Assembly (NCBI GenBank): GCA_048938105.1
Contig: JBHLMN010000006.1
Location: forward strand, 64,001 to 128,000
Direction of reading: 5' to 3'
Origin: Promethearchaeota archaeon
GTDB taxonomy: Archaea; Asgardarchaeota; Heimdallarchaeia; Hodarchaeales; Hodarchaeaceae
DNA: 64,000 nt
The notes under the pieces are model-generated. The model was not told where the DNA came from and searched no databases. It saw only the letters and a list, made by a program, of their open reading frames with translations. Positions 1-9,133 of this stretch are shown here, piece by piece; the stretch's first letter is position 1; the number at the start of each line of letters is the position of its first letter. The translations under genes were made by a program, and so were the position numbers.

Positions 1-1813
1 CGCCAGGAGCCCATGCTATCTCTTGATGCTTGAAATAAGTATTGTACAAATTGGCATACTCCCCTCCCTGTCTTAATAAGTCCTCATGGTCTCCTTCTTC
101 AATAATTTTCCCCTGATCTAGAACAATAATTCGATCTGCATTCTTGACTGTACTAAGGCGATGAGCAATAACAATAGAAGTCCTGCCTCTCATTAATTCT
201 TCCAACGACTCCTGTATCATACTTTCGGTATAGGCATCTACAGAAGAAGTAGCTTCGTCCAAGATTAGAATTCTAGGATCTGCTAGAAGAGCCCGAGCAA
301 AACTAACTAGTTGTCTTTGACCCGTACTTAACAAGCATCCTCCTTCCCCAACTTGCGTTTGTAGACCGTCTTTTAGATATTCTAAGATCTCATCTACTCT
401 GGAAATCTTCAAGGCACGCTGTAAGTCCTCTTTACTCGCATCTTTACGGCCATAGGTAATATTCTCTTCAATAGTGCCGTTAAAAAGAAATGGTGTTTGT
501 AAAACTATTCCTAGATGCTTTCGGTAGGACTTGAGTTTAATATCCCGAATGAGGATATCATCAATCAAGATTTTTCCCCCTTGAAATTCATAAAACCGAG
601 CTAATAATGATATAATAGAGGTCTTTCCTGCCCCTGTATGACCCACTATTGCTAATTTTTCACCTGGCGGAATTATAAGAGAGAAATCTTTCAAAACAGG
701 AGCATCAGAAACATATTCAAAGTCAACATTTCGAAATTCAATCTTGCCTTTTATCTTGTTAACCTCTACATCCCCAAGATCTTGTACTTCTGGTTCCGTA
801 TCGATAACTTGGAGAATACGCTCATATCCAGCAAATCCAGCTTGAAGTTGTGCATAGAAGTTTACTAGCTGAGTGATAGGGAAGAAAAATCGAGTTAAAT
901 AAGCTAAAAAGACGTATAGTGTTCCTGCAGTTATAAAGCCAAGGCCTGAGATTGCTGCTTGACCACCAATCCCTAGTATGGCCATTGTTCCAATTGCTGA
1001 CAAAAGATCAACGAATGGGAAGAACATACCCATAGAGATACTTCTTCTAAATCCTGCTACAAAATGTTGCTCATTTATTTCCTTAAACTCATTTAGAACC
1101 TCCGTTTCCACACCAAATGATTTGCTAACTTGAATACCATTCACAGATTCAGCCATGGCAGAGTTTACTTTAGCATGAACTCTTCGAAAGCTCATACTCG
1201 TAATCCTCGCAATTTTACGGAATAAATAACTCAGAATTAACAGTACTGGGATGACTAGGGCAGAAATCAGAGCTAATTCTAGGTTAATCACAGCTAAAAC
1301 GACAAATATGAAAATTAAAATCAAGAAATGCCCTAAGATAGTCATCACAATAGAAACAGCAACCCCATAATCAGAAGCATCACTTGAAACACGTGAGTTG
1401 AGACGACCACTGCGATGCTTATCAAAGAATTTCATATCTTGTTTCTGAAGAGCAGAAAAGATATCTCCTCGCAGATTAACCATGAAGTCAGGTACAAATT
1501 TCGCTGATTGAATGTTTATTATATAATCATTTACCCACGAGAGTATGGATAGGAAAAGATAGCTGATTCCACCCGCTAGTAAAATCCAAGAAAAAATTTC
1601 TGTTGATTGAGGATTTTGAAGGGTGTCAATAATATTGGCAAAAATTAGTGGTGTTAAGAGACTAGTAATAGTTGCAATGACCATTGTTACAGTAGAAATA
1701 ATTATTGGCCGTTTGTATGGAGCTATCCGTTTAATGGAGCGTCTGATCAATTCCCAATCTGAATATTTCCTTTCCTGATCTTTTCGATCTATACCTTCAA
1801 AAATCCAACTCAT
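1..1813 (-). CDS. ABC exporter ATP-binding/permease subunit (partner of 1814..3661); 3' end runs off the window
   Basis: Not in the ORF track. ATG at 1813 directly follows the TAA of the upstream gene. Hand translation gives MSWIFEGIDRKDQERKYSDWELIRR..., Walker A GHTGAGKT, signature LSTGQRQ, Walker B ILILDEATSSVD, and C-terminal GKIIEEGDHEDLLRQGGEYANLY. Confidence 0.93.
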   Translation of the reverse strand, partial: MSWIFEGIDRKDQERKYSDWELIRRSIKRIAPYKRPIIISTVTMVIATITSLLTPLIFANIIDTLQNPQSTEIFSWILLAGGISYLFLSILSWVNDYIINIQSAKFVPDFMVNLRGDIFSALQKQDMKFFDKHRSGRLNSRVSSDASDYGVAVSIVMTILGHFLILIFIFVVLAVINLELALISALVIPVLLILSYLFRKIARITSMSFRRVHAKVNSAMAESVNGIQVSKSFGVETEVLNEFKEINEQHFVAGFRRSISMGMFFPFVDLLSAIGTMAILGIGGQAAISGLGFITAGTLYVFLAYLTRFFFPITQLVNFYAQLQAGFAGYERILQVIDTEPEVQDLGDVEVNKIKGKIEFRNVDFEYVSDAPVLKDFSLIIPPGEKLAIVGHTGAGKTSIISLLARFYEFQGGKILIDDILIRDIKLKSYRKHLGIVLQTPFLFNGTIEENITYGRKDASKEDLQRALKISRVDEILEYLKDGLQTQVGEGGCLLSTGQRQLVSFARALLADPRILILDEATSSVDAYTESMIQESLEELMRGRTSIVIAHRLSTVKNADRIIVLDQGKIIEEGDHEDLLRQGGEYANLYNTYFKHQEIAWAPG

Positions 1814-3661
1814 TTATGGTCCTCCAAAAGCTGGTAGAATTGACGTTTTACTCACTTCCAGGGGAGGAAGTTCAACATTTTTCCCAAAAATTCGACGGTA
1901 ATCTGGTGAAGTTAATATTAACTTTGAATGATGGCCTTTGGCTACAATTTTTCCACCTTTAAGAACGATGACGCAATCCGCTTGCCGTATAGTAGATAAT
2001 CTATGAGTAATAACAAAAGTTGTTCTTCCTTGTATCACTGCATTTATAGCCTTGACAATTTTTTCTTCAGTTTTCGAGTCAACAGAGCTTGTACTATCAT
2101 CAAAGATTAAAATTCTGGGATTAGTTAAGAATGTCCTCGCTAGAGCTATTCTTTGCCTTTGTCCTCCTGAGAGTTGACTACCTCCTTCCCCAGCATAAGT
2201 ATCGTACCCTTTAGGTAACTTCATAATAAAATCATGAGCTTGGGCAAGCCGAGCAGCCCGTTCAATATCCTTTTGACTTGCATCCCTTGCACCAAAAATG
2301 ATATTCTCTCGAATTGAACGTGGAAAAAGATAGATATCTTGTTCGATTCGCCCAATGCTTTTTCGTAAAGATTCGAGTGAATATTCCTTAATATTGATTC
2401 CATCTATTGTAATGTCTCCCTCATAATCATAAAGTCTGAGTAATAAGTTAGTGAGGGAGGATTTACCTGATCCAGTAGGACCAACAATAGCAATGGTTTG
2501 ACCTGGTGCAACTGCAAAACTGATATTATCTAACACTGGCTTTCTTGAAGTTGGGTACTTGAATGTTACATTACTGAACCGAATTATTCCGGTGAAATGG
2601 CGAGGAAACTCTTTTTGACCATTTTCCACTCCCTTAGCAGTATCCTCTCCCACCTCTCTAACTTCCATTTCATGAATTCTCCGTGCTCCTGCCAGTCCTG
2701 CATTAAAAAGTCGTATTGCGAAACTAATTACATATGTAGGAACCATCAGACTAATTAATAATCCATTATAAGCGATTAATCCTCCAATAGTTAGTCTATC
2801 AATTAGAATTAAGTATGATCCAGCCAATATAGAGAATCCAATGGCTGAAAATAAAAGCAGGGTTGGAAAGTACCGTGCTTGAAGTACTTGCTGTCGGTAC
2901 CACGTTCCCCTGAAATCAAGAACGTACCTCATGAACTTCTGGCGTTCATACGATTCCTCAGCGAACGCACGTACAACTTCAGCCCCGGTAATGTTATCTT
3001 GAACTGCTGTAGCAATTGCACTCCACTTTCGCATGAAAGTATGACTAATAGGGGCCATCTTTCTGTTAAAACTAAAAACTGCCCATAAGTAGACAACAAA
3101 GAAGGGAATTGAAATAATTAATAATTCAGGAGAGTTTAAAACTCCTATTACCAAAAAAGCAGAAAAAACAATTGAAATAAAGACATCTGTCACCATACCA
3201 AAGCCAGGACTTATTAATCCACCGAGTTGTCCCAGGTCATTCGTAGCTAAAGCCATTAATTCTCCTGTTCTCACTGAGTCGTGGAATTTCAAAGGTTTAT
3301 TCTGCATACTATCGAAAAACTCCTCTCTAACACGTTTTTGAGCAGTCCATGATAACCAATCATTCGCAAGTGTTGTTACCGCTGCTACCAAAAACCTAAT
3401 TATTCCTAAAATTAAGAGGAAAAATACAAAATCACTAAGGAGAGATAATTGAGCTTCAGAACTCAACAAATCATCTTTATCAATAATTGCTAAGTCGATT
3501 GCTTGACCTAAAACGACAGGAATAAGTAAACGGGTGAATATTACGATTAGGGTACCAAATACCACAGCAGCTATAACTAGAGGATTAGCTGTTAAATGAC
3601 CTAAAAACCAACGCGGGAATGATTTCTGCTTTTTTTGGAGAACGATAACGTTCTGTGACAT
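1814..3661 (-). CDS. ABC exporter ATP-binding/permease subunit (fused TMD-NBD, MdlA/TmrB-like)
   Basis: N-terminal TM domain; GPTGSGKS Walker A, LSGGQRQ signature, ILIFDDSTS degenerate Walker B, ITHR switch. Confidence 0.95.
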   Translation of the reverse strand: MSQNVIVLQKKQKSFPRWFLGHLTANPLVIAAVVFGTLIVIFTRLLIPVVLGQAIDLAIIDKDDLLSSEAQLSLLSDFVFFLLILGIIRFLVAAVTTLANDWLSWTAQKRVREEFFDSMQNKPLKFHDSVRTGELMALATNDLGQLGGLISPGFGMVTDVFISIVFSAFLVIGVLNSPELLIISIPFFVVYLWAVFSFNRKMAPISHTFMRKWSAIATAVQDNITGAEVVRAFAEESYERQKFMRYVLDFRGTWYRQQVLQARYFPTLLLFSAIGFSILAGSYLILIDRLTIGGLIAYNGLLISLMVPTYVISFAIRLFNAGLAGARRIHEMEVREVGEDTAKGVENGQKEFPRHFTGIIRFSNVTFKYPTSRKPVLDNISFAVAPGQTIAIVGPTGSGKSSLTNLLLRLYDYEGDITIDGINIKEYSLESLRKSIGRIEQDIYLFPRSIRENIIFGARDASQKDIERAARLAQAHDFIMKLPKGYDTYAGEGGSQLSGGQRQRIALARTFLTNPRILIFDDSTSSVDSKTEEKIVKAINAVIQGRTTFVITHRLSTIRQADCVIVLKGGKIVAKGHHSKLILTSPDYRRIFGKNVELPPLEVSKTSILPAFGGP

Positions 3662-3804
3662 GATGAAAAACTAGTAATTATCATTTAAAAAAGGGGTGTT
3701 TCTGGCAATGAAACATAGAATGAAATTAAAAATAAAAAAAGAATACAATAATATGGTTTCTTTAAAAAAGAAAAAAGAGGATAAGAAGTGAATAAAGTTA
3801 ACTT

Positions 3805-6800
3805 CTAATTTTTCAGACGCTTCCTCACGATTGGTAGGAGTGAAAGAAACCCGAGAGCCAACAACCATTCGAAACCAGGTGTTACATTTGCGTCTGGATC
3901 ACCAATTACCGTAATCACCTGCTCGTAAACAGCTACTTGATTACGAGTGTTCATAATAGTCATTGTACATAGAAACTCACCGCTTCGTGTTACAACATAA
4001 TCAAAGCTATATGTTTCAGTCGTTTCGTCTTCATCGGTTTTCTCAAGAGCATACGATCCGATGTACTCTACTTCAACTACCACAGATGTAATGATAGCAT
4101 CTCCTTTCCGAAGTACCATTGTAAAAGTAATTTCTGTACCAACCTCTATCTCAGTTCCTGGTAAGATTTCTACAGAGATTATGGGATCCCATTCGTTGAC
4201 ATTAATTGTTATCCGACCAGAATCGCTTGTTTGCCCACGCTTATCAGTTACTCTAATATCAGCTGTATATGAACCAGCTTCATCAAATGTAACGATAGTC
4301 TCCCAGAGTTCTCCATCCGTGACATCCTCAATATAAGTCATCAAAATGTCTTCTCTCTTGACATGGAGAGTCACCTTATCAATGCCATCATCATCGGAAA
4401 CAACTGCACTAAATTTGATTGCTTCAGTTACTTCACAATGGGAACTATTTACAGAGAAACTATGAATGATGGGAAGACCTCTTTCAGTAGCAATATTTAT
4501 TGATAATTCAACAGAATCAAAGGAGACCCAGGTACCCCATGCTTCAATTACTAGATTGTAATCACCTGAATACCACAGATAGATATCTATTTGCCAAATC
4601 TCGTGAGTTTCATTTGAGAGGACTTGATTCATCCATACATCGCCATAATCGTGATCGAAGCAAACTATGACTCTATCGACACCTTCAGTTGATTCCTTAT
4701 GAATGGTTACCACAAGACTTAATTCTTCATCTAGGTAGTATTGCCCATTGTCATCAGGTTGGGAGACTGATAATATTTCAATAAATGTAGTATATTCTGA
4801 ATCAAAATCATCGTACGTATAACTGTTTTTTAGGTAAACATTGTCCCATGATTCGTAGATAATCATCCAATCATCTGTTCTGATAAGTTGATAATAATCA
4901 ATGTATAATTCACCAGACATTGTGAATCCTGAGTCATAAAGATGTTTTCCCAAGAAGTCTAAGGAAACATTATACAGGCCAATAGGTAAATCATAAAGAT
5001 TCACTTCTGTGTAATCCCATATTTGGCTAAGCTCCGCTTCAATTAGTATATCAATGCCAGAAACAGTCACATTAACCTCAAAATCAACTCGTAGGAGATC
5101 AAAGAACCCATCACTATCAAGATCTACCCCATAATCGAATATACGAGTAACCCAAGCATCAGGATAATCAACATCAGCACTAGTATAGGTACCTGGAAGA
5201 TAGAGATCATCATCTTCCTTCAGGACTAGTCCATCATCTGATTCAATATAGAGATAATTAATATAATACAAGGTTCCTGCAGGTTGTCCAAATATGTAAC
5301 GGCTATCGAGCTGTATTGTTAGATTATGCGTTCCAACAGCGAAATAACTCCAACTTGTGGAGAAATAATAATATCCACCTTCACTAGTTGTTGAGTAGAT
5401 ATTCCCTGAGGCATAATATTCTGCAGCTTCGGTAACTTCGATTTCAATTTTGATTTCAATATAATCAAATCTCCCATTACTATCAGTGTCAACCCCTTGA
5501 TCATAGATATTATCTGTTAAGCTGACTGCAGGATCATCAAATTCTGTGTGGGCATAAGTTCTGCTGAAAAGGTGATTATCTTCCTCATGAATACGTTCAT
5601 ACCACCCCTCATCTACAATATATTGATTAACATAGAAATAATTAATGTAAATCTGCGCTTCACTCTCATGATACCTTATCCACCAATCAGCTATCTTGAA
5701 CGTAAAATTATGGGTTCCTACTGTTAAATAAGTTTTATTTTCAAAATTAAAATCTTCACCACCTTCATCAGCACAAATGTAACCCCAAATGGAGTAATTT
5801 CCTGATTCTGTTACACTAACCTCTATTGCAAACTCTAAATAGTCATATTTGCCATTACTGTCGTCATCGACACCATAATCGTAAAAATTACCCGTAAGTG
5901 CAATTCCTGGTGGGTCGAAATCATCATGGTGATAGATGTTTAGGAAATAATAGTCTTCTTCTGAATAATCACACTGACCAGAATCTTCTTGTTCGATATA
6001 TTTGTAACTTAGATAGAATGTATCTCCATCAGGTTGATTAAAGACCCAATATCTATCAATTTGAAATGTTAAGTTATATTGGCCTTTGTCTAAAGTAAGC
6101 CATTCAGAGGATACTGTAACCCCGTAATCCCCTTCAATCGCATAAATTCGCCCATAAACATAGTATTTTCCAGGAGTATTGATCTCTACCTCTATCTTCA
6201 ACTCAATGTAGTTATATTTTCCGTCAGCATCAGTATCAACCCCTGAGTCAAAGTGATCACCTGTAAAGTAAGCTGGGGGCCTTTCAAAATCATCAGAATT
6301 ATAAACAAGATCAGTCACAAAGTTATCTTCTCGATAATCCCATTGTTTAACAAGGTTATCATAATCATCTACTTCATATATCTCAACATATTCTAAGGTG
6401 TATGTTGTAATAGTTAGTTGGCTAAAGATCCATTCTCCAGGAAAAGCTAGTATGAACTGATGAGTACCTGCGTTCAAAATTTGTTGCGTATCAGTGGTCA
6501 CATAATAGGTTTCTTTAGTAATGGGATTTCGTAACCTTCCTTGCATTGCATACTTACCAGTTTCATTGATTTCCACTTCAACAAAGATTTGTAGTTCATC
6601 CCATAAACCGTTACCATTAGTTTCTTCGACATGATCTGAATAAATTCCAGTCAATCTAGCTTTAGGTGGATCGAAATCTGTGAATATATAGGGCCCAAAT
6701 GTAGCGCTATTGTTATTATCCAAATCTGCCCAAGGATCCCCACCATATAACTCTAAGTCATCAAATTTAACTAACCCGTTTACCCCAGAGCGGAAGAATT

Positions 6801-8406
6801 TATCCCCCTCAAATCTTAGTTGTAACCAATACGTACCAATAATTGTGAAATGGGAACTATTACTTGCATAATCAATATTCACATAGTTTGAAGCAATATC
6901 CAACCACGCTCCAACGTGATAATAACCTATTTTAGTCACGACTACCTCAACATCAATAACAAGCCAATCCCATAAGCCATCTCCATCAGTATCATCACCA
7001 TTATCGTTGAAATTATGCGTTAAGTATGCACCTGGTCCTTCAAAGGTATTATAATTGTATAAGCTATCTGAAATCCATTCTACCCCACTAAATGAATAGG
7101 AATCGGTGTAATAATCACTATAGTCACCTTGGATATTAGAAAGTAAAAAGTGGTCATTTAAGATTTCACTTTGATAAATGTGAATACCATTGAAATCAAA
7201 AACAACATTTCTTATTCCTAAACCCACATCTTCAATATAAAAGCCACTAGCCCAATCATATGTGATGTAAGTATTTGTTGAGTTAATGTAAAGGCTAGCA
7301 TACATGTTCCACCATCCAGATTCAATTCGTAGGACATTAACTTCCATTTCAACTTGATAATAATCGTTAAAACCATCATAATCTGAGTCAATTAAACTAT
7401 CCCAGAATTGTCCAGTCGGTACAACAGGAGGAACATCAAAATCACTTGGATTACAGATATTTGTTGTATAAATATCCGAGTTTGAATATAATTCGTATGT
7501 CGGAGGATCATCATGTCTGATATAGAGCCAATCCAGTTCTAATGAATCCGAACCACTCATGTCAACGAATTTCCAACCAGGAAACTTCAGAGTAACTGTA
7601 TGTGACCCTAAACCAAGATACGTGTTGTTATAAGCGTAATCAGATACTCCACCTATAGTAGAGGGATTTACTCTGCCTTTAAAATAGTAAGTTGAAGGCA
7701 TTGAGACAGTTACAGGAATTCTAACGTAAATCCATTCATATTTGGAGTTGGAATCACGATCTAGAAAATCAAAGCTAATAGAGGCTTCATTAACAGTAAT
7801 GGGATATGGTAAGAAATCATCTACCTTATATGCTTCAGTTACTAAAACGATTTCATCGTCATAAATTGTGTAACTGGTACCGTTATTTTTGTAAAACGTT
7901 AAACGGATATCATAGGGACCAGCAAAACCAACTTCATTTATCGCATATCCACAAAAATCAAAGAGAGCAACTGTTTCAACGTTTGCAGTGATTTCGCCAC
8001 TCCAAGAAGCAGAAACACCCACTTGACTCCCACCTTTATAGAGATAAGCAGTTCCAGAGTAATGAGCGTTTTGCTTAGGTTTGAAGCGCATATTAAAGCG
8101 AAGTGTGTCATTCCCATAACCAAACATCTGCATTGTATGTTCTGTAAATGCTGTAACCTCGATTGTTGCTTCTGGATATACACTACCGTACCAATGAGTT
8201 AAACGCGGTTGAGTAATTTCCTCCTTTTGTTTAATTTCACTATTTGAATAATCGTCAGCTAAAATCTGACAAGGAGAACTACCACTCTCACAAAGATTTT
8301 TATCTGTAGAAGGAATTGTAAACACTCCCACAATCATTGAAGAGAGTAAGATTAACAAAAATATATTAATAGCCATATAAGTTCCTTTTATTCTTTGGAT
8401 CTCCAT
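3805..8406 (-). CDS. Large secreted surface protein with tandem DxDxDG Ca-binding Ig-like repeats and PGF-CTERM/Heimdall-CTERM-like anchor
   Basis: Signal peptide; eight clear ~125-130 aa repeats (e.g. DTDGDGLWDWLVIDVEV, DTDADGKYNYIELKIEV); C-terminal TPGFEWLLALGFLSLLPIVRKRLKN. Confidence 0.85.
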   Translation of the reverse strand: MEIQRIKGTYMAINIFLLILLSSMIVGVFTIPSTDKNLCESGSSPCQILADDYSNSEIKQKEEITQPRLTHWYGSVYPEATIEVTAFTEHTMQMFGYGNDTLRFNMRFKPKQNAHYSGTAYLYKGGSQVGVSASWSGEITANVETVALFDFCGYAINEVGFAGPYDIRLTFYKNNGTSYTIYDDEIVLVTEAYKVDDFLPYPITVNEASISFDFLDRDSNSKYEWIYVRIPVTVSMPSTYYFKGRVNPSTIGGVSDYAYNNTYLGLGSHTVTLKFPGWKFVDMSGSDSLELDWLYIRHDDPPTYELYSNSDIYTTNICNPSDFDVPPVVPTGQFWDSLIDSDYDGFNDYYQVEMEVNVLRIESGWWNMYASLYINSTNTYITYDWASGFYIEDVGLGIRNVVFDFNGIHIYQSEILNDHFLLSNIQGDYSDYYTDSYSFSGVEWISDSLYNYNTFEGPGAYLTHNFNDNGDDTDGDGLWDWLVIDVEVVVTKIGYYHVGAWLDIASNYVNIDYASNSSHFTIIGTYWLQLRFEGDKFFRSGVNGLVKFDDLELYGGDPWADLDNNNSATFGPYIFTDFDPPKARLTGIYSDHVEETNGNGLWDELQIFVEVEINETGKYAMQGRLRNPITKETYYVTTDTQQILNAGTHQFILAFPGEWIFSQLTITTYTLEYVEIYEVDDYDNLVKQWDYREDNFVTDLVYNSDDFERPPAYFTGDHFDSGVDTDADGKYNYIELKIEVEINTPGKYYVYGRIYAIEGDYGVTVSSEWLTLDKGQYNLTFQIDRYWVFNQPDGDTFYLSYKYIEQEDSGQCDYSEEDYYFLNIYHHDDFDPPGIALTGNFYDYGVDDDSNGKYDYLEFAIEVSVTESGNYSIWGYICADEGGEDFNFENKTYLTVGTHNFTFKIADWWIRYHESEAQIYINYFYVNQYIVDEGWYERIHEEDNHLFSRTYAHTEFDDPAVSLTDNIYDQGVDTDSNGRFDYIEIKIEIEVTEAAEYYASGNIYSTTSEGGYYYFSTSWSYFAVGTHNLTIQLDSRYIFGQPAGTLYYINYLYIESDDGLVLKEDDDLYLPGTYTSADVDYPDAWVTRIFDYGVDLDSDGFFDLLRVDFEVNVTVSGIDILIEAELSQIWDYTEVNLYDLPIGLYNVSLDFLGKHLYDSGFTMSGELYIDYYQLIRTDDWMIIYESWDNVYLKNSYTYDDFDSEYTTFIEILSVSQPDDNGQYYLDEELSLVVTIHKESTEGVDRVIVCFDHDYGDVWMNQVLSNETHEIWQIDIYLWYSGDYNLVIEAWGTWVSFDSVELSINIATERGLPIIHSFSVNSSHCEVTEAIKFSAVVSDDDGIDKVTLHVKREDILMTYIEDVTDGELWETIVTFDEAGSYTADIRVTDKRGQTSDSGRITINVNEWDPIISVEILPGTEIEVGTEITFTMVLRKGDAIITSVVVEVEYIGSYALEKTDEDETTETYSFDYVVTRSGEFLCTMTIMNTRNQVAVYEQVITVIGDPDANVTPGFEWLLALGFLSLLPIVRKRLKN

Positions 8407-9133
8407 TTTTTATCCCTCATTTTTAACAAGTATTTTATAATTGAATAACATTAACCTCCATAACATATCTCAGTGGTAGGTTAATAATCTAAGAAAATTC
8501 TGTCACATATATGAATTAGGTAGATAACTTGTTGAATACTCTTAAAAGAGTAACTAAAACAAAGTTAAGCTTTTAGTAAAAGGAATCATCTAAATAATCT
8601 ATATGGAGAGTAATAGTGGATTAGAATGATTTTCCAATCCTCAGACTGGTCTAATACGTCAGTAAATAAATATTACTCTTTTTTTTGCTTAATAAGCGAT
8701 CTTATATCTGTAAATAATTGTGATTGGTGTAGAATGAGAAGTTAATAGGCCCTTAAGGCCAAAAATATTCTATTCTCTCTTCTAAGTATTTTCAATTTCT
8801 TATCACAACTTATAAACATCATTTTCAAAAAAATATTACATCACGGCGGAATATAAAAAGCGAATCCAGAAATAATGGATGACTCTTTGTATTCTCTCAC
8901 TTTTATCACGTTTTTTCTTTGATCTTAGTCTATTAAAGTCTTATAACCTCCAACAACATAGAAATCTATATCAAAGCAGAATTTCGGAATATGTCAGTAC
9001 ATATTTCACTGCTTTTTATCCTTCAAATAGGAAAATAATTACCTGTTACAGTGGATATTGGGCCTTACTTCTTTCTCTATTACTTTACCAGCTTCTGCAT
9101 CTTTAAAAGCTCGCGCCAAGAAGGTATCCTGTC

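Noticed and set aside
8879-9106. 75-aa ORF upstream of uvrA (also 3671..3868)
   Set aside because: Low-complexity translation of AT-rich intergenic DNA with no motifs; insufficient support.
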